33,354 nucleotides of DNA from a virus (taxonomy: Duplodnaviria; Caudoviricetes): IMG/VR virus record IMGVR_UViG_3300048578_000099, positions 1-33,354 of that record, one strand, 5' to 3'. Numbering within the stretch: the stretch's first letter is position 1; the number at the start of each line of letters is the position of its first letter. Shown one piece after another: positions 18,331 through 26,344 of the stretch. The notes under the pieces are model-generated. The model made no database searches, was not told where the DNA came from, and worked only from the letters and a program-made list of their open reading frames with translations. Made by a program: the position numbers and the translations under genes.

Positions 18331-18387
18331 TATTGGCGGTAACAACTCAATAACCGCTTGCACGAATGTGCAGAGCGATTAGGCGTT
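18331..18387 (+). repeat. Short terminal attC-like hairpin, element 3
   Basis: GGTAAC..TAACCGCT-TGCAC-GAAT-GTGCA-G-AGCGATTA-GGC-GTT. Confidence 0.5.
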
Positions 18388-18415
18388 TATATTCAATTAA
18401 TTATAAATACAAACA

Positions 18416-18604
18416 ATGATAAAATTAATAGTAAACTACTACACTCAAGAATGGAATGGACAAACATATTGCAATAAAAACCATTCACTTATACTAACTT
18501 TTGAAACACTTGAAGAAATTTCAAATCAAAAAGTAGAAGAAATTCTACATAAAAAGCACAAATATATTTTCATAATAGAGTCTATTCAACAAATCAAATG
18601 CTAA
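18416..18604 (+). CDS. Hypothetical protein
   Basis: A-rich start, overlaps the next ORF. Confidence 0.6.
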   Translation: MIKLIVNYYTQEWNGQTYCNKNHSLILTFETLEEISNQKVEEILHKKHKYIFIIESIQQIKC

Positions 18605-18867
18605 ATACAGATATAAAATATAATACATCAACTGATTACAAAGAGTTATATCGGTTACTCAAAGAAGGTAATCTGTTAATCGGATTTATTGCTATTGATG
18701 TTGACGGCGTTCCAAATAAAGATTATTCCAAACTGATTCAAATGTCTTATAATGAGAAATGGAAATCATTTGATCTAGGATTTACATTTTTTGAAAGCGA
18801 CTTTGATAAAATAGGATTTGAACAACTATGCCTAGAACAAAATTTGCGATTCATTCCTTTGAGTTAA
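18598..18867 (+). CDS. Hypothetical protein
   Basis: Coupled to the upstream ORF. Confidence 0.65.
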   Translation: MLNTDIKYNTSTDYKELYRLLKEGNLLIGFIAIDVDGVPNKDYSKLIQMSYNEKWKSFDLGFTFFESDFDKIGFEQLCLEQNLRFIPLS

Positions 18868-18929
18868 GCATAAGTTTCCAGTAATAAATAGGTAATATTG
18901 TAACAGATATACACTTTAAAAGACTTAAA

Positions 18930-19148
18930 ATGAACTTTGAATACCTCATCGGCAAGACAATAATAAACGCAAAACAAAAGAAGCGCAAAGAGTACGACGA
19001 CAAAGGTTATTTAGAATTGACATTTTCCGACGGTTCTAAAGTAGTCATCGTTAGTTCATACAACGAATCATGGACCGGTAACTCTTACAATGAATATCAA
19101 ACTGATATTGAGTTAAAAACTGATATTATAGATCAATTAGAAGATTAG
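18930..19148 (+). CDS. Hypothetical protein
   Basis: LIGKTI...LELTFSDG small beta-rich phage protein pattern. Confidence 0.65.
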   Translation: MNFEYLIGKTIINAKQKKRKEYDDKGYLELTFSDGSKVVIVSSYNESWTGNSYNEYQTDIELKTDIIDQLED

Positions 19149-19149
19149 C

Positions 19150-19248
19150 ATGAGAAGATTTCTTCGCACACTTATAAAAGTTTTGACAACTATACTAGCC
19201 CTTATCTTTACTCCATATAAGGTAAGGAACAAACACTGGAATAAATGA
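19150..19248 (+). CDS. 32-aa cationic hydrophobic peptide
   Basis: MRRFLRTLIKVLTTILALIFTPYKVRNKHWNK*. Fills the gap exactly, with an ATGA overlap to the next gene. Confidence 0.5.
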   Translation: MRRFLRTLIKVLTTILALIFTPYKVRNKHWNK

Positions 19249-19493
19249 AAAAAGACCAGAAACTATACCACGTTGAGTTACTCGACCCCTCTACATTAGG
19301 GGTGAATAAAAAGCACCATTATTTTGGGTCTATTTCGGCCATATTCGAAACGTTTACCGACGAACAACTTGGTATTAAGCTCACAAGTCTGTGGTCTAAC
19401 CACGACTTTGATAATGAACCTTATGAGAATAAAGTATGCATCATTCGAAAAGGTGATATAAAAAGAAAAACCTCTAATAGAGGTAAAAAATAA
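19245..19493 (+). CDS. Phage hypothetical protein
   Basis: YHVEL...HHYFGSISAIF...LGI...L pattern typical of Bacteroidota phage small proteins. Confidence 0.7.
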   Translation: MKKDQKLYHVELLDPSTLGVNKKHHYFGSISAIFETFTDEQLGIKLTSLWSNHDFDNEPYENKVCIIRKGDIKRKTSNRGKK

Positions 19494-19516
19494 TTGCATT
19501 TTATTTGATTATTTTC

Positions 19517-19556
19517 TTGCATTTGTTTGCGAATCGCAAACAAATGGTTACCTTTG
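19517..19556 (+). promoter_or_regulatory. Promoter (-7 TACCTTTG 19549-19556) with a 25-bp palindrome
   Basis: ATTTGTTTGCGA-A-TCGCAAACAAAT at 19521-19545. Confidence 0.7.
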
Positions 19557-19611
19557 TAGGGTAATCAAATAACACTGGTGAGCGACCAGGATAAAAACTA
19601 GCAAAAACATT

Positions 19612-19938
19612 ATGTTCATTGAAATACTGAAAATTGCCGAAGCCAACAAGGATGGTTTCACGGTAAACATTGAGAGTTTTAAACACGTTACTTCTGGTAT
19701 CGTAGTTGCTTACAAAGAAACTCAAAACGCTTTCGATTATGAAGGGCTAATAAAGTGTGTAGAACATGCTTTACTTCACGACAAAGTAATCGGGGGCTGG
19801 TTTAACGAAGACAACGGAAAATTTTACTACGATTCGTGTAAAATCTTCACCAACGAAGCCGAGGCAATTGAGTTTGGAAGGGCAAACGGTCAAATAGCAA
19901 TCTTTGACCTCACTAACCTTCGAGAAATTAGGTTATAA
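19612..19938 (+). CDS. Conserved hypothetical protein
   Basis: DGFT...IGGW......YYD...EAIEFGR.N.Q.AIFDL motif. First gene after the promoter. Confidence 0.75.
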   Translation: MFIEILKIAEANKDGFTVNIESFKHVTSGIVVAYKETQNAFDYEGLIKCVEHALLHDKVIGGWFNEDNGKFYYDSCKIFTNEAEAIEFGRANGQIAIFDLTNLREIRL

Positions 19939-19943
19939 ACCAA

Positions 19944-19967
19944 AAGGAGGGGCAAAAGCCTCTCCTT
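19944..19967 (+). other. Intercistronic hairpin
   Basis: AAGGAGGGGC-AAAA-GCCTCTCCTT with no U-tract. Confidence 0.6.
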
Positions 19968-19982
19968 AAAAACAACAATATT

Positions 19983-20705
19983 ATGAAAGGCATTGAATTA
20001 TTGTCTTTTCTAACACAAGAGCAAAAAAGGATTTTACTCAACTCTGAGCAAAACTATAAAAGATTTGCACGGATATACTTTTCTGTTATTCAAGCAACAG
20101 AGAACGAAATAGTTGTAAAGGTCTGGCAAGACGAAAACGAAGCAGGTAAATACCTTTCAGCTAAAGAGCTTATTGATCGCGTAAAAGAAATGTTTACCGG
20201 AATACTACCGGTAAACACAAAGCTACATGTTAGGCCAATACCGTTCAAAGAAGATACGCTTGAAAAGGTTGATGTTGTGTATGTAGAAAAACAAATGGAA
20301 AAACATAACCTACAAGCTAAAGACCTTGTTAAACTTTTAAATATCGATAAAGCTACATTAAGCCGTACTCTTTCGAGTGAGGAGATGACTAAGAGTAGTA
20401 AAGCTATGTTTTACTATCTGTTTAAGTATCTGGAAGCGTCTCATAAGACTGTAGAAAAAGTTCATATAACAAAGCAATGGCTTGTTAATGTTGGGTTTTA
20501 TTACAATGAAGAACTTAGATGCTATCTAATTGAAACAGATCAAAATCACGACTATTGCTTAGCTATTGATGAGTACTTTAGAGCTTACCAATATAGTAAG
20601 CTTTCAGAAAGCTCGCTTATGATTAAAGTTGTTCGCTTTGAGCATGAAGTCAATGAAATTTATCACCTGATAACTGACAAGAACCTACCAAACTATAATG
20701 CCTAA
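19983..20705 (+). CDS. Multi-domain protein with a central XRE-like HTH
   Basis: MEKHNLQAKDLVKLLNIDKATLSRTLS HTH pattern at about aa 105-132. Confidence 0.65.
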   Translation: MKGIELLSFLTQEQKRILLNSEQNYKRFARIYFSVIQATENEIVVKVWQDENEAGKYLSAKELIDRVKEMFTGILPVNTKLHVRPIPFKEDTLEKVDVVYVEKQMEKHNLQAKDLVKLLNIDKATLSRTLSSEEMTKSSKAMFYYLFKYLEASHKTVEKVHITKQWLVNVGFYYNEELRCYLIETDQNHDYCLAIDEYFRAYQYSKLSESSLMIKVVRFEHEVNEIYHLITDKNLPNYNA

Positions 20706-21033
20706 AGCCATGAATACAAAAGAGAAAGTTCAATTTATCGAAGATAATAAGGTAATTGTTCCAATACCGGCGACAGCTGAAAAAATTGCTCAAACAATAA
20801 TTCTCATTCAACAGAAGCTTGAAAATAAAGCAATAAATCGCTTTATCAACGCTGGCGTAAAAGAAGGCTATTTAATGGCGATTGAAGTGTTGGAAAGTGG
20901 GTTTGCTGATTTGGGAAAGATAGGTAAATTAAAGACGGTGCAAGGTCGCGCTATCGCTTTACTTGCTAATGACTATTTGCTCGGAGAATGTTCGCAGGAG
21001 ATGTTTGTTGCTGTTCCAATTAAAGAAAGATAA
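20698..21033 (+). CDS. Hypothetical protein
   Basis: Overlaps the upstream stop. Confidence 0.6.
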   Translation: MPKAMNTKEKVQFIEDNKVIVPIPATAEKIAQTIILIQQKLENKAINRFINAGVKEGYLMAIEVLESGFADLGKIGKLKTVQGRAIALLANDYLLGECSQEMFVAVPIKER

Positions 21034-21037
21034 AGCT

Positions 21038-21229
21038 ATGAGTAATAAATTTGAAGACGGAAGTCGTTACGTACTAAGTGTTCGTAGATATGTATGGAAC
21101 ATTGATGGTGTTGTAAATATGAATCTATATGCTGGTACAAATACTATCGAAGCGATCTGGCATGAAAATAAAAAGGAGTTTGACCCGTATGTTAAATTAG
21201 ATGACATAGTAAAATTTTCAAAGTGCTAA
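21038..21229 (+). CDS. Hypothetical protein (63 aa)
   Basis: ATG 21038 just after the upstream stop. Ends at the terminator. Confidence 0.55.
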   Translation: MSNKFEDGSRYVLSVRRYVWNIDGVVNMNLYAGTNTIEAIWHENKKEFDPYVKLDDIVKFSKC

Positions 21230-21260
21230 AAGAGGGAACTTATAAGTTCCCTCTTTTTTT
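21228..21260. terminator. Bidirectional intrinsic terminator
   Basis: AAAAGAGGGAACTTATAAGTTCCCTCTTTTTTT between convergent genes. Confidence 0.85.
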
Positions 21261-22325
21261 TTATTTCAACCCCTTCTCTAAATCCCCCTCTTTAAAGTTA
21301 TCCTTAATAAAATACGGCATAGATTTCCAATTCTTAGCCCGATCTTTATTGGCCTCAACCCAATCGGTAAAACCTTGCGGTACATTAAGTATTGATTGTG
21401 TACTGCTTAACTCAGTGTCATTGTTTAATGAGTTCAAAAGCTCCTCTTCGGTGGCCAAAATAGAAACTGCATGACACATACATTGTGTGTGCCAACCTCT
21501 GAATTTAAACTCTTTCGGGTATTTACCCTTTAAATGATCGCAAATATCGGAGGTCGGGTGATTATTAGATAGCTTAACTTCAACACCCACTACAAAATCA
21601 AGCTGTTGCCACCTCGTGTAGTCGCTCTCATGGTAAGCGTTGTTAATTTCAGAACGAGTCAACCTCATCGCATTTTTATAGCTACTCCGGTAAACTCCTT
21701 GTCCGGGATGATATGCTTTTGCATTTTTAGACAAATGAAGGTTTCCACGTTTGTCTCGAACTCTGCGAAACAGCTTATTAGGTTCTTGTAAGTATTGCCT
21801 CAAATCGCGAGATAGTGCCGCCGCTCCTTTCCCTTCGCCAAGTCCAACATCCAAGCCCATTTCTATCTCATTGCGAAACTGGCTTGCATACTTCCAAGCC
21901 TTATCTGAAAGGCTCATTCCATCATTACCAAGTTTGCGAGTTTGAAACGAGGAAAGAGCCTTTAAATTTGGCTCTTTATATGCCGAAATTTGAGACTTTG
22001 AAAGCTTGCTTGTCGATGCTACTAAGTCAACTAATGCGTCATTTTTAGAGTTAGCATATAGCCACTCGGCACGCGTTCCATCGTTGATTGTTGAGAGTAC
22101 GCTCGACTCTATTTCAGAAAACAGTTTTTCTGCTTTCTCTTTTGTTGATGGAAAGTCATCGAACGAAAAAGGTTTGTTCGGGTCTATCTTCTTTACCGTA
22201 GAAGCTAATTGAGCTGCTTCCTTTAAGGCACGTACATAAATAGATTGAACACGTTGAGCGTATGTTTCCATCCTCTTGACGTGTTCAGCATTATAAGTCT
22301 GTTGTATTACCTTACTGGCTGGCAT
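21261..22325 (-). CDS. Minor head morphogenesis protein (SPP1 gp7/Mu F-like)
   Basis: AMRLTRSEINNAY...ICD.LKGKYPK.F.F.GWH.QCMC motif, downstream of the portal. Probable ATG at 22325. Confidence 0.85.
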   Translation of the reverse strand: MPASKVIQQTYNAEHVKRMETYAQRVQSIYVRALKEAAQLASTVKKIDPNKPFSFDDFPSTKEKAEKLFSEIESSVLSTINDGTRAEWLYANSKNDALVDLVASTSKLSKSQISAYKEPNLKALSSFQTRKLGNDGMSLSDKAWKYASQFRNEIEMGLDVGLGEGKGAAALSRDLRQYLQEPNKLFRRVRDKRGNLHLSKNAKAYHPGQGVYRSSYKNAMRLTRSEINNAYHESDYTRWQQLDFVVGVEVKLSNNHPTSDICDHLKGKYPKEFKFRGWHTQCMCHAVSILATEEELLNSLNNDTELSSTQSILNVPQGFTDWVEANKDRAKNWKSMPYFIKDNFKEGDLEKGLK

Positions 22326-22512
22326 TTTCTCGATATAAACAAGGTTTGAGTACATTTATTGGCGAAAGCATCTTAACTTGAATATGAGAGCAGTAACCGG
22401 TACCCCTTCCGACATCCTCTAAGTATTGACAACCAACACACGAAACAAGTTTAATACTGAGTTTTTGCTCGACTTTAGGCTGCTGTTCTCTTTTAATTAC
22501 GCCTTTTCTCAT
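22312..22512 (-). CDS. Small Cys-rich hypothetical protein
   Basis: CxxC...C...C. Overlaps the portal stop. Confidence 0.5.
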   Translation of the reverse strand: MRKGVIKREQQPKVEQKLSIKLVSCVGCQYLEDVGRGTGYCSHIQVKMLSPINVLKPCLYRENASQ

Positions 22513-23897
22513 GCTCCTGAACCAAATAAATCAACAGTATTAGATGCCTTTTCTTCTGCTTGAATTTGAATAAGTTCCGCGTCTGCATCTTCTACTAAGT
22601 TGGCCATTCTAATAGCTGTCTTTTGTGAGACAACAGGTTTACCGCCGTTGGCAGTTGAGAGCATGTCGATGTAGCTTGCTTGGTCATCAATCATGTACGG
22701 TGTTATTTCAGTATCAATATCAAGTTGAACATCTTTTAATGAATTATTCATAACACCAACAAAAGCCTTAAGAAGATTAACCCTCCGCTGCATGTACTCC
22801 CCGAAAATTTCTTTTTTATCCTCAACTTTTAAATGCGGATTCATAAACAATAATTCAAGCGCAACGCCAGAAATATTGCCTAATCCCTTAACGGAATCAA
22901 AAGATATGTCTGCTGTCTGAGTAATTGAGTAAATGAACTTTACAAGTGTATCTATTTCAAGCTTTACGGCTTCTGGAGCCTGATCCCATGATAAGTACTT
23001 AGCTTCCGATCCAGTCTCACCCTCAATTATTCCACCAGCCTCACCTTTTTTCGCAAAGCCTTTTATCCCCCCAACGATAAATATCTTAGGAGAGGCGTGA
23101 TAATCATTTGTATCGCCAAAATTTGAGAGTAGTTTCTCTAAACGATCAATAAGATGTTGTACATCAACCCATTCAACCTCATCTTGACGAGCATAAATGA
23201 CGGGTATTTTTTCAACAACATTTTTTTCGTTGCTTACTTCAACATAATTTCCATCAACTTCTTGCCATTTAATTATCTGTAATGATGTATATGTTTCAAA
23301 GCATTTTATTTTAACCCCTGATTCGGTTCGCGTAAATTCGCGTGAAAATGCTATTAAATCACCATATTCATCAAACAAAGGGTATAATGTATCACCTAAA
23401 GCTGGCGAAACGATAAGACACCTCATCTTGAACTTCGTATCAAACCCATACCGGTTATTCATCTCAGAACCTTCAACCGGATACCATATTTCAGCCGCTT
23501 CGGTATAAGCAAAAACACAACGCCCAAGTTTTCTATTCAAAAAGTCAAGCTTTGTGTCTTTCCATATCTTTTTAACAGCGCTGAAAAGAAGCTTTGTATT
23601 ATTGTCTAACGCTTCAGCATTCAACCTAACCTTGCGGCCAAAAGTGAACATTGCTGAGCTCTTTACAATGATCTTTTGTAGCGCAACCGCTATACGAGCA
23701 ACTTTTTCTGTTCTTGTACTTCCATCTTCTTGCTTAACCAACTTGTCTGGCCTTTCGGTTGTATCAAATATCTTATGCTGAGCAGGTATATATTCTTTTT
23801 CAATATCAGCAACTACTGGGGCTGTTGTCGCACGCTGCTTGAGTTGTTTAAACTTCTCATTAATATCAGTTAGCGCAAGAATTTCTTCGATTTTCAT
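22509..23897 (-). CDS. Portal protein (SPP1 type)
   Basis: KIPVIY, NDYHASP, AKYLSWDQAPEA and GNISGVAL motifs. ATG 23897 (MKIEEIL). Confidence 0.9.
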   Translation of the reverse strand: MKIEEILALTDINEKFKQLKQRATTAPVVADIEKEYIPAQHKIFDTTERPDKLVKQEDGSTRTEKVARIAVALQKIIVKSSAMFTFGRKVRLNAEALDNNTKLLFSAVKKIWKDTKLDFLNRKLGRCVFAYTEAAEIWYPVEGSEMNNRYGFDTKFKMRCLIVSPALGDTLYPLFDEYGDLIAFSREFTRTESGVKIKCFETYTSLQIIKWQEVDGNYVEVSNEKNVVEKIPVIYARQDEVEWVDVQHLIDRLEKLLSNFGDTNDYHASPKIFIVGGIKGFAKKGEAGGIIEGETGSEAKYLSWDQAPEAVKLEIDTLVKFIYSITQTADISFDSVKGLGNISGVALELLFMNPHLKVEDKKEIFGEYMQRRVNLLKAFVGVMNNSLKDVQLDIDTEITPYMIDDQASYIDMLSTANGGKPVVSQKTAIRMANLVEDADAELIQIQAEEKASNTVDLFGSGA

Positions 23898-23898
23898 A

Positions 23899-23925
23899 TA
23901 GTGTCCATTTTGATACACAAATGTA
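23899..23925 (-). promoter_or_regulatory. Portal promoter (-7 TACATTTG) with operator copy 6 (23899-23918)
   Basis: Minus strand TACATTTGTGTATCAAAATGGACACTA, nearly identical to plus strand 14299-14325 TATATTTGTGTATCATTTTGGACACTA. Confidence 0.72.
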
Positions 23926-24060
23926 TCAAAAGACTATTCAAAGGGTTATTATTTAGTGTGTTATGTGCTTAACTTGGTGTTAGTCAGTAATCTTTTATCA
24001 AGTACTCGATGTCAGGAAGATGATACTTTGTATCTACAAATACGGCCTTAAATGTTAAAA

Positions 24061-24126
24061 ATTACGCTTTAACGTAATTTTTAACTAAAAAAGCTTGCAA
24101 TCAATATACGCTATAGCGTATCTTTG
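24061..24126 (+). promoter_or_regulatory. Promoter (-33 TTGC, -7 TATCTTTG) with two TACGCT-type palindromic operators
   Basis: ATTACGCTTTAACGTAAT (24061-24078) and the perfect palindrome ATACGCTATAGCGTAT (24106-24121). Confidence 0.7.
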
Positions 24127-24171
24127 TTTCAACAAATCAGAGATAAACAAACTGATTATAAATTTAAAATT

Positions 24172-24420
24172 ATGACAACGAATCAAACATTTATTTACAA
24201 CGTAATCAGAAACAGTGAAGTAATAACATTATCTGATTTGAAAACATACTTTAATGTATCTATTTATCAAGGCGCTAGCTGTAATAGCGAAGAAAAAAAC
24301 GAACTTATGAATGATTTGAAATTATTAATTGAATCTGGTGATGTTATTAAATTCAATGATGAAAATGGACTTCTTTATAGAATTAGTGACGAATCTTTAA
24401 AAAATGATTTAGAATGCTAA
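24172..24420 (+). CDS. Hypothetical protein, possibly winged-helix
   Basis: ATG 24172. The track's TTG start lies inside the -7 box. Confidence 0.6.
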   Translation: MTTNQTFIYNVIRNSEVITLSDLKTYFNVSIYQGASCNSEEKNELMNDLKLLIESGDVIKFNDENGLLYRISDESLKNDLEC

Positions 24421-24866
24421 AAGAACAAATAATAAAAGCAAGAAAAGAGCAAGGTCTTACACAAAAAGACCTTGCTCTTAAAATTGGAGTAAGAAAAGCT
24501 ACTATTTCAGACTTTGAAACTGGAAAAACAGCATTAGGTTCTGATATTTTAGAAAAAATTATTAACGTTTTAAGTATCAATGTCATGAAAATACTTGATG
24601 AAAAAAAAATGCAATTGGAACTTAGTAAATCAATAGCTAATATATTGGTTACTAACTATAATATAAATATAAAGCAATTAGAAAAAATGACTCGCGATGA
24701 GATTTATGCATTGACAAAAGAGCTAGGAGATTATATTATAACATTGCCTGTTGTGTCTGAAAATGAGTATAAAAAGTTAGAAAAAATAGATCAAGATTAT
24801 AAAACATGGAATTTATTTTTTACACTATTAAAGCTTGATCTTATTTATCAAAATAGAATTTCATAA
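24414..24866 (+). CDS. XRE-family HTH regulator with C-terminal extension
   Basis: IKARKEQGLTQKDLALKIGVRKATISDFETGK. Confidence 0.85.
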   Translation: MLKEQIIKARKEQGLTQKDLALKIGVRKATISDFETGKTALGSDILEKIINVLSINVMKILDEKKMQLELSKSIANILVTNYNINIKQLEKMTRDEIYALTKELGDYIITLPVVSENEYKKLEKIDQDYKTWNLFFTLLKLDLIYQNRIS

Positions 24867-24875
24867 TGTTAAATA

Positions 24876-24938
24876 TTTCACTTTACTGCATTTTTAACAT
24901 TTCAAATGTTGCAGTAAAGTGAAAGTTTACTATCTTTG
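24876..24938 (+). promoter_or_regulatory. Promoter (-7 TATCTTTG 24931-24938) with a 15-bp inverted repeat
   Basis: TTTCACTTTACTGCA (24876-24890) / TGCAGTAAAGTGAAA (24910-24924). Confidence 0.65.
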
Positions 24939-24992
24939 ACTCATCAAATAACAACAAAACCGCACACCCAGGGCTATAGGTGTATAGATATT

Positions 24993-25277
24993 ATGAGAAC
25001 AGCAATTGATTCATCAGTATTACCATCATTAGTAGGTAAAAAAATTAAATGGGACGCTCCTATTTATAGTGGCAATAAAGGTCATTATGGTTATGGCCTA
25101 GATGGTGGTATTTTCATTTTAAAAAGTATTGATATCACCCAAAGACGTCCAATAATTGAAGTCGAAATTATTGAAGGTGCTGATCCTATCTATATTTTTG
25201 TAGAAACATACGGCACAGATCATGTTTTGTGTTACACTGATTCAGACAGATTTGTAACATTCGAATATGAAGACTAA
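24993..25277 (+). CDS. Hypothetical protein
   Basis: Probable ATG 24993 (MRTAIDSS). Confidence 0.6.
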   Translation: MRTAIDSSVLPSLVGKKIKWDAPIYSGNKGHYGYGLDGGIFILKSIDITQRRPIIEVEIIEGADPIYIFVETYGTDHVLCYTDSDRFVTFEYED

Positions 25278-25464
25278 AGTAGTATCAGTAAGATTAAAAA
25301 GCCTTATCCTTATATCGGATAAGGCTTACAAAGCAACCGCCTTTGATGGCTCAACTGCCGTTATTCCTATATCTCAAGTTTTTGGTGAAGACTATGATGT
25401 TCAAAAATCAGAAGCATACTGGATAAGTGAATGGATTATTGAAAAATATAGGTATGGATGCTGA
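25267..25464 (+). CDS. Hypothetical protein, possibly C-terminally truncated
   Basis: SVRLKSL..ISDKAYKA..FDGS..IP.SQV...AYWI.EWI.EK followed by an abrupt end. Confidence 0.55.
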   Translation: MKTKVVSVRLKSLILISDKAYKATAFDGSTAVIPISQVFGEDYDVQKSEAYWISEWIIEKYRYGC

Positions 25465-25546
25465 CGAAATTTTAAGGCTAAAACAATTATCGGGTTTAGC
25501 TGAACTTTTTAAAGACAAAGAATTTTCAAATTCACAGGAACAATGA
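25454..25546 (+). CDS. 30-aa ORF or gene remnant
   Basis: MDADEILRLKQLSGLAELFKDKEFSNSQEQ*, with an ATGA overlap to the HTH gene. Confidence 0.35.
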   Translation: MDADEILRLKQLSGLAELFKDKEFSNSQEQ

Positions 25547-25779
25547 AATCAAACCTAAATACGGACTTTCTTACTGAGACAAGAAAGTACATAAGCTCAC
25601 AATTGATATATTTTCGAGATAAAGAAAAATTAACTCAATTACAATTAGCTGAATTAATGGGAGTTTCTCCCACGACAATATCAAAAATAGAGACAGGTAA
25701 ATGGTCCATCTCATTAGACACTCTAGCTACATTTGCTCACTATCTAAATTTCACGATAAAACTCGAACAAAATGAATAG
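25543..25779 (+). CDS. XRE-family HTH regulator
   Basis: LTQLQLAELMGVSPTTISKIETGK. Confidence 0.88.
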   Translation: MKSNLNTDFLTETRKYISSQLIYFRDKEKLTQLQLAELMGVSPTTISKIETGKWSISLDTLATFAHYLNFTIKLEQNE

Positions 25780-26317
25780 TAAAAGAAATTACCCTCTATT
25801 TCTAATTGATAGAACCAAAAGCAGCTCTTATCATTTCGATTATATTACTTGCATGGATAGGCAAGTTGGGTTTATTGCTCGTGTTGTTTTTTTTAATGAA
25901 AATGCCCCTCTCAATGCATTTATCGAACAGCAAAGCAAAATTGAAAATGCGGATATCAGTTCAATAGTCCATCGATTAAAAAAAGGAGGTATAATTCTAG
26001 TCGTTGAAGATTTTCTGTATTATTTCGAAATAACAGAAGAAATAAAAAGTCGAATTAATACGTTGATGAAAAAAGCTTTAAAAAAATACTTGCATGCTGA
26101 AATTGAGAAAGCACCTGACAAGAATAGTTTCGGAATAGACGAGCAAATAAAGCAGCAAGAACTGACAATTGAACGAGCCAAAGCTAATTTTGATGATTTG
26201 GTAAAACGATCTTCGAAAGAACAAGCCGAATACAGCCTTGCTCTTGCCGAGGCGACGCTCGAAACATTAAAAAACTACCGAGATAATATCAATATTCTTA
26301 AATTTGGGTTGCAATAA
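25772..26317 (+). CDS. Hypothetical protein
   Basis: Overlaps the HTH gene. N-terminal YPLFLIDR, helical C-terminus. Confidence 0.7.
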   Translation: MNSKRNYPLFLIDRTKSSSYHFDYITCMDRQVGFIARVVFFNENAPLNAFIEQQSKIENADISSIVHRLKKGGIILVVEDFLYYFEITEEIKSRINTLMKKALKKYLHAEIEKAPDKNSFGIDEQIKQQELTIERAKANFDDLVKRSSKEQAEYSLALAEATLETLKNYRDNINILKFGLQ

Positions 26318-26340
26318 AGACTAGCAATTAGCTAGTCTTT
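26316..26340. terminator. Hairpin, probable bidirectional terminator
   Basis: AAAGACTAGC-AATTA-GCTAGTCTTT between convergent genes. Confidence 0.7.
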
Positions 26341-26344
26341 CCAT

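Noticed and set aside
19501-19725. Minus-strand ORFs 19501-19725 and 19296-19499
   Set aside because: They overlap a promoter and better-supported plus-strand genes.
14197-23981. CTTAACTTGGTG repeated near 14197 and 23968
   Set aside because: Only two 12-bp copies. Resembles generic Bacteroidota intergenic (host nucleoid-protein-like) motifs, and there is no evidence for att sites.
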